The position numbers and the translations under genes are program-made. Of a stretch of DNA of 64,000 nucleotides, positions 56,420 to 64,000 are shown piece after piece (positions within the stretch are counted from its first letter, which is position 1; each line of letters begins with the position of its first letter). The notes under the pieces were generated by a model, which saw nothing but the letters and a program-made list of their open reading frames with translations, was not told where the DNA came from and made no database searches. Where the stretch lies: positions 16,674,135 to 16,738,134 of the forward strand of contig JBOZIK010000001.1 in the NCBI GenBank assembly GCA_051453625.1. Direction: 5' to 3'. Source of the stretch: Welwitschia mirabilis. Lineage: Eukaryota.

Positions 56420-59000
56420 CTTTTTTATCATCATTATATTTTATGTTAATGTTAATTTAATACTATTATAGATTAAATTGAATATTGCTATATAGGATAA
56501 GAGCTAACTAAGGTGAAAATAAGTTAGCAAATTAAGTAATTGATTACATTTAAGAAATTGCATTGCATGTCCATACCATGCTAATTTTCATTGCAGTAAA
56601 TCCCATATTATCATTTTCATTACTCATTTTCTTCTTTATTTATTAAAAATACCAAAAATAATGATGTGCACTTTTCTTTTGAATGAATTAATTTACCAAT
56701 ATTTTTTTCTTTGATTTACTATTTTATAACATTTGGATTATATCCTGTACTAGTGTGTGTCATATTCTAAGATTATAGGTTAAATTGATAGGTGAAGAAA
56801 CATTTTGTTAATGCACACCTAAGAGATAATCATTTCAACATAATTATCAAGGAAGCATTTAGAATTGGAAGGTTATTTCTCATTACATAAGTAGGTAAAT
56901 TAATTTCAAGATTATTTACTTGCATAGTATGTATATATAATTTTCATTTATTTTTGTTTACATTTTAAATTTTCCTCTTTATTATTGATTTATTTTTTAT
57001 GTAGTCTTAGGAATTACCACTTATACAACAAACTTATCCTATGCTTTTTTCTTTGGGTAATCTAAGTGAATGTTACTTTTGATAATCTAAGTGAATGTTA
57101 CATCCATTATTGGTATAACCTTCTTATTGCGCTTTATGTAGTATAGAAGAGTGTTATCATTTGGGTATAAAGAAGTTTATTTATCATATTATAATCATGT
57201 AGGATAATGGTAGAGCACTATAAAGAAAATAATTTTATCAAATAAACTATTAAATAAGGTCTAATTGATTTCTATTTATGAACTATAAGTAAATTTATTT
57301 TTAATAATGGAGTAAGATTAATTTTGTACTTTTATTTGCGATAATTCTCAAATTAATTCTTTAGTCATTTCTCATTAATTTACTTCTCATGCTAATCCTC
57401 CATTAAACATAACTTCTAATAACCCTTTAAAGAATTTTTCATCTTCTTCAAACATTACTTTAAATTTTAATGTTATTTACCAATCCCTTAAAGATTCATT
57501 TAAAGTAGAAATAAAGAATTTTAAAATCCTTTTGATTTACCTAGAGGAAGGACATAGAATTGAAAAATCTCAGTGCCTATTTTACTTTTTATAAGAGGAT
57601 GGTAATGACATTTCCAACACTGAGATAAAATTAAGTAATGTATTCTTACTTCAAGAAATGGAAAAAAGAAAATTAATGATAGAACTTATATGCTAATTTT
57701 TTTATTTTCCCTTGAGATGCAAAGCTAAAATTGGTTGAAAACCATTCCCTACAAAAGCCTAAAATGTTGGAAAGAAATTTAAAATATCTTTATCAAACAT
57801 TTTGTATGTGAAATAACTATGAGATAAATAGGAACAAACCTTACAAATATTTTTTAATAACCTCATAAAGATTATGTAATAACCTATTAAAGGTTTCTTA
57901 TGGGAGCTTCATCTAATCCCTTGGAGGATTTTCAAAGGAAGATTTAATTAAGAATTTATATTGTGGCTTAATATTCAAATAAAATAACTTTTATATTTTT
58001 CTTTTTGAGGTAATCTTAGCAGTTTAACTTTGAAAGATGCTTAAAAGTGTTTAAAAGAGCTCATGGAAATTAGTCAAACCTAGCCAAAACCAACATGTAG
58101 AAAAAATAAATCAATAGATTAAATGCTAAAGAATTTCAGTAAAGGCCAACATGATGAGCTAATAATCCATACCAACTTTATTCAAGGTTTAATAACCACT
58201 TAATCTAAGTATAGTAGACCTAGAACCAATGTAAAGGTGATAAATTAGAGATCCTCAACTTCTTACTCCCTTTGTAAAACTTCTAAATATGATTCCTATA
58301 TAACAAAAGAATGTCTAGCATTATCCACTTACAAAGAGGTCATTTTTAAGGGATTATTAACTTTCAATAAGAGATCTAACATGAACAAAGAAAATAAACA
58401 ATTTTAATAAAGAAATCATGAACTAACACTTGCTTTTAGAATTGCTTTTGAAAATGGGTTTAGAAATAAAAATTTTGAATTAACTTCTTTCAACTTCCAA
58501 AGCAATCTAGGTAAATTAATTTATGATTTAATTGAAGAACTTAAAAAAATGTTAGATATCATCAAAAGATACATTGAAATTCAAAGCAAAAACATAGGAA
58601 ATTATATAGAAATATTTCAACAAACCATGCTAGAAAACTAGAGATCCCAAGGTACTCTTACCATCCAAATTCTCCTTAATCCACATGTAAAAAAGGATTA
58701 AAAAGTAATAGCTAGAAATTAACTAGAAGTTGAGTTAACCCCACTCTAACTAGATAAGATTAATATCAAAAATTTATAAACATACGAACGACAACAATAA
58801 GATTTAAATACCTAAAAATCAAAATTTCCTTAAAATGTTGATGAGAAATCAAAGACCAACATAAATAAAGTTCAATAAGATAACTAAGTATCCCTTTCAT
58901 GGCTTAGAAGATTGAAAGCAATATAATTTATTATTAGTAAAATCCTAGATTTAATGAAGCCAATTATTAAATAAAGTATGTTTTGTATGCAAAAATGTAT
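56420..59000 (+). mobile_element. Athila-like element: LTR 3' part, leader and gag remnant; truncated before the protease
   Basis: 56480-56950 is homologous to 29690-30130; NPFDLPRG..IELKNLSAY at about 57525-57580; decayed knuckle CKTSKYDSYITKEC at about 58273-58315. Confidence 0.8.
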
Positions 59001-59019
59001 TAAAGGTATCTCTTAAGAT

Positions 59020-59700
59020 TAACAGATATTTATCACTTAGTGAAGACTTTCCAATCTAGTACATATGAATTTTAAACATCAAATATAGTCTTGTATGGAT
59101 CTATTGATGATTTCAAAGTTGATGAAAGGTGTTTATCATGTCAAAGATGTCTATGTTATAATTTTAAAGGTAATAGAATGCCTCTTATATAAATAAAAGA
59201 TCACACATATTAAAATCAACTCCTAAGATACCAAATAAGATTTTTACATCATAATCATGATGCTAGAAGATTAGAGATGATTTAGTTCATAGATTATTAG
59301 GTTTAAATAAAGTTGAAAATATACATTTATCAAGTGAAAGACATCTAGGCTGAATTAATCTAAACCTAATTATAAATGTCTATTAGCTAAGAGATATCTA
59401 TATTAAATAAACTAATGATAGAAATCTATCATGTGAAAAATGTCTATGCTGAACTAAAATGTATAATAGAGGTTTATTTATACAAACAAGAAAGTGATGA
59501 TGATTAATCCACCTTTTAGAAAATTAGAAAAGTTTTTCATATCAAATTCATGATCTGACAAGGATAGAGAGATAGAAATTTTAAGCTTATCAAAATTTGG
59601 GCAAAGTTACTATAAATATCTATCGCCATGAAAGATTTATATTAGATAAAGACATTTATCCAACTATAGACATCAATCCTAAAAAATTACATAATAGAAA
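59020..59700. repeat. Diverged tandem repeat, about 292-bp unit, a little over 2 copies
   Basis: atcatgtcaaagatgtctatg (59136) vs atcatgtgaaaaatgtctatg (59428); ttttacatcataatcatgat vs ttttcatatcaaattcatgat. Confidence 0.65.
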
Positions 59701-60031
59701 ATTAGCCATTAAAAATAAAAAACTAGTTATTTATAGTCATTAAATAGTATTCAAAATTATTCCAATAATTATTTCACTAGGTTTTGAATAGATCACTTCA
59801 AAATTATAAAAGAAATGAAAAATAAATAATTGGATGATAATTGAATGATATTATACATGATAAAATCACTTTTAATGGATTATTACCACTATCACTAAAG
59901 ACATTTATATGACATGAGCTCATCCACTGCCACAATCTTGTCATTAAAACATGACATCGAAGGAGAAATCAAGCTATAACAACATCTCATCATTTCAATG
60001 TTCTTCTTTCTTAATATTAAGCTTTAGCACA

Positions 60032-60245
60032 TGTAAAGCCCCAAATTTCTATAGTTGAAAATATTCAAACTTGATACTCTGATACCAAACTGTAAGACCT
60101 CAAATTTTATATAGTTGAAAATCTTCATACTTAATGCTCTAATACCAAAATGTAATACTTGAAATTTTTAATTTTGAAAACTTCAAAACTTACTCAAATG
60201 CTATGATACCAAAATGTAAAGCCCACAAATGTCTAGGTTTGAAAA
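60032..60245 (-). repeat. Tandem array of LTR-end plus tRNA-Met PBS units (59-64 bp)
   Basis: tgtaa starts at 60032, 60091, 60151, 60215; gctctgatacca-like sites at 60076, 60136, 60200. Confidence 0.88.
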
Positions 60246-63200
60246 GATCTCAAAATTAATAATTAGGGCTATCCATTCAAATAATATACCCATATATCTG
60301 AATTGAGTAAAACCATGTTTCTAAGATTTAAACACAAGCATTGTACTATTCTAACTCTTTATGATAACCATTCTATCTATTACTTTATATTTATATAAAT
60401 ATTTCTTTTATTAATCCATAGATTAAATGTTATTACAATTCTTTAGTTGTATAAATCGAATTATTTAGATGGAAATTTTTGTACTTAGTGATGTTTTTGC
60501 ATTCTTCAACATATAATCTACTGGAGGAAAAAATGGAAGGAATGAAAGATAATAAATGATGAAGAAAGGTAGAATATGTCAACGTTGAAGAAATTAAAAG
60601 AATCTGAAAGTTATCACTAATAAAAACAAGGAAACAAAAGTATGAATGCTAAGAAAAAAAATTCTAGATGATGCACTAAATTTCAAAAATTTTCACATGA
60701 TTCTAAAGAACATAACATAAGATAAGGAAAGAAAGTTATAAAATTGAAACATTACATCTTCAACATTTTCTTATTGAGTTACGGCATTTTCTTCAGTTCT
60801 TTGAGAGAATCATCAAGCTAGTGCTTCATAAGACTATAGTTTGATAACTAAGATGAATGAAAGAAGAGTTGGAAGTTAACTATTCACTCAATGTTCTACT
60901 AAATAGCATGAAAAGAGAAAACACTAAAATTTGTTTGAGAATAATGGAGGATTAAATAAAGATGATTGTGTTCTAACTTATAAGTAAAAGAAATCCATTG
61001 ATTTCAAATGTTTAATATGAACTTCATGTGAGAGTGAATGCATACAAGATTTCTTACTTAATGCTAAATGAATCTAATAATGAATTTTTAGATGAGTGCT
61101 TATGCATTTCATTTTTCTTATTTACATTTCGACTAATGTCTTTAGTAGAAAGAAAAAGATTGAATTAAAGGAAGTAATAGCAATGAAATAGAGAATGGGC
61201 ATTGGGGAAAGGCAATAGAAAAAGGAGCATTTCAATGATTGCAATCCATCTAATCAGTGCTTATTTCAAATTATATAGACACCCTTCCAAAGTAATACTT
61301 CTTACCATTTCTGATGGTTGAAGACTTGAAATGTTACCTGTGTTTTTTAGGCTATTTGCATGCATTTTGCCTATGTTTACCTATGTTTTAAAGAATTTTA
61401 CCTATAATTTTGATATACAAGAATGTTTTGGATGTTGAGAAGATGTAGAGAATTACTAAATTCAAACATGGTCAAAAATGAATTGCAAGCCAAATCATGA
61501 TTAAAACATTTAATAATTATTTATAGATCTGAGAATGAAAAAATGCTTGAGTCAATTGATTTTTTGGAATTTCTGGCCTATTGATGCATTTCTTCCTTAA
61601 GAAATGCTTAAGACACTAAATTCTCAAATGCAAAAGTGAGTTTAGCATCTAGAAAAAACATTCATCCTTAATACTAACCAACATGATTTCTAATCGAGCC
61701 ACACACCAAACCATGGCCCTTATCCTATGAGCATTGTTGCACTTTCCTAATGGAGATCTCTTCTACATACATCCTAGCTACTACTAATAATGAATTCTCA
61801 TAAAAGAGCCTAACAAATAGGTTAAATGTGAAAGAAAATGGTTCATCTTCAATGATTACTCCTTAGCATAATGTTAGATAATGTTATTAAAAAGAGAGAG
61901 GTTGGTAGTTTGAAGTCATGCATTATACCCGTTTTAATATTTAATGACTTTTCATCACTTATTTTAAAAAAATAATACTCTAATATAACATATTAATGGT
62001 TTTCCTTAAGCACTCTATAAGTGGACCTTTTCATAACATCCCTTTTATAACATTCCTATTTAAGAATTGTTTAATGCCATAATGTTATTTATCAACACCC
62101 TTCAAACTATTATGATAGCATTTAAATATTTATTAATGCTCTTTAACATAATTATTTAAATTATTATTTTACATAATTACTAATGCCCTCATCAAGACTA
62201 TTTATTATAATATTAAAATGATTGTTAAGAGGAGGAGGGGAATACATAACTCTTTCTTGAAGTTTTATTGTAATAAATGGACATTAAATTCTACATTCAT
62301 GGTACAATTTCAATATTCCAAACTCATACTTAGACTATAGATTTCAAGAAACAACCACATTAATTTTTTTCTAAAATGAATGGACCCTTAAACTAATGCC
62401 CCTCGACATACTTATTTATATCATTTATTAAATAATTTTTAATTCTCTTTAATAGATTTATTTAATATGAAAATAATTAAATGGTGGGGAGGGAAACTCA
62501 TTCCCTTACTTGTTAAATCAATAATATTAAATAAATATTATTACTATAATTAAGGAATGATACTAATATTTAACACTTACCAATAGATTGTAAATTTTTA
62601 ATAAAATTTTGTAACTGATGTATAAAATAAATTGTTAGCTTTATGCTTTTAAAAAAATGATAATTCAAGAAAAAGATACTTTAAAATTACCATTCCATGC
62701 ATTTTTAAGATATCATACACAACTAAAGTTTCAAGATTATGAATAAAGTTCCTTAAGAAATGCATGAAGAAAATATACTTAAATTTTCATGTTTCATTAC
62801 AAGAATCTTCAAGGAAAATATGCATTATTCAATACAGTATGAATCCTTAAAGNNNNNNNNNNNNNNNNNNNNNNNNNNNNNNNNNNNNNNNNNNNNNNNN
62901 NNNNNNNNNNNNNNNNNNNNNNNNNNNNNNNNNNNNNNNNNNNNNNNNNNNNAATAGGCATTATTCAATATATTACAAATCCTCAAAGTAGACTTCATAA
63001 AATGCAAATCATAAATATAATATAATGGAGTTTATCTCTCATCGTAATCAAGAAACATTAAGCATAAATACATATTCCATCTTATGAAACTAAGGCATAT
63101 GATACCAAGTATTATGATAAATAAGAATCTCAATTATTCAGCAAGATTTTTCATAAACATTGGATCAAAGATCCTCCACATCCATATGCCCACTTTAGCA

Positions 63201-63424
63201 TTTCCTCTAAACTTTCCAACTATCATACAAAAGTATGGGATGAGAACTATGAAAATATCATAGCTCCTAGTATGGTCTAAGTAAGAATAGGTAATTTGTT
63301 AAGGAATTTTAAGAGTTACAATAGGAAAGACAAATAATGACTTCAAGACAAACAAGATATAATACAAACATCAACCTTATGTTTATGAATGAGAATATTA
63401 TATATATTAAAATATCTCAATCAC

Positions 63425-63805
63425 TTCACTGCCTCATTCGATGATCTATGAAGCTCACTTCCTCATTTGGTGACCTATGGTTTTCATNNNNNNNNNNNNN
63501 NNNNNNNNNNNNNNNNNNNNNNNNNNNNNNNNNNNNNNNNNNNNNNNNNNNNNNNNNNNNNNNNNNNNNNNNNNNNNNNNNNNNNNNNNNNNNNNNNNNN
63601 NNNNNNNNNNNNNNNNNNNNNNNNNNNNNNNNNNNNNNNNNNNNNNNNATTACCTCGTTTAGTAATCTATAAAGCTCACTATCTCATTCAGCAAGCTATG
63701 ATAAATCTAATAGTTTCAGTGCCTCATTTAGTGATATGTAGGATTCTCACTTCAGTGCCTCATTCGGTGATCGGTGAAGCCCACTGCCTTGTTCAGTGAT
63801 CTATG
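63425..63805. repeat. Short tandem repeat (gcctcattcggtgatc-like) flanking an N gap
   Basis: cactgcctcattcgatgatctatgaag, cttcctcatttggtgacc, gcctcatttagtgat, gcctcattcggtgatc, gccttgttcagtgatctatg. Confidence 0.7.
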
Positions 63806-64000
63806 AAAATCCATAATCATAAGTTCAAACATAATGATGTTAAGAAACTAAGATAAGTATGACCACAAGATATCATCTCAAACCATAGATTTCAATGGCA
63901 TGATCACAAGGTGAATATAATAAGGATCAATCACAAACAATGATCTCATATCAAGAATAGATAATGATAATACATCGAGAAAAAGGATAAATGGATATAA

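Noticed and set aside
60032-60245. CRISPR array or tRNA genes
   Set aside because: Inter-motif segments are homologous to each other, and the tRNA similarity is only the 12-nt PBS with no cloverleaf.
62760-63799. ORFs spanning N runs (also 7939-8136 and 12602-12832)
   Set aside because: Open only because of ambiguous bases.

Overview
Very AT-rich, CpG-poor eukaryotic DNA with several N gaps. The element types point to a land plant. I find no intact gene, RNA gene or CRISPR array; the window is a nest of decayed retrotransposons. (1) An Athila-like Ty3/gypsy family with a tRNA-Asp-type primer-binding site (PBS) occurs in three forms: a gag-pol copy (1-3591), a copy lacking RT core/RNaseH/integrase core (about 13.3-16.4 kb), and a non-autonomous form with a gag-derived, apparently capsid-less ORF, present twice in opposite orientation (7.6-10.4 kb, 30.0-33.4 kb). 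One LTR (10409-11901) has a PBS on one side and a polypurine tract (PPT) on the other. (2) A tRNA-Met-primed gypsy element with two 1671-bp LTRs (17841-27430) is inserted into an Athila-like LTR. (3) Two Ty1/copia fragments. (4) Three L1-type LINEs; one is inserted antisense into another and carries a 184-bp duplication of the RT catalytic motif. (5) Tandem arrays, including four LTR-end units with three PBS-Met sites at about 60.0-60.2 kb. Decay is dominated by C>T/G>A changes, including non-CpG sites. All alignments and translations were done by eye, so boundaries without TG..CA/PBS/PPT/TSD anchors are approximate.
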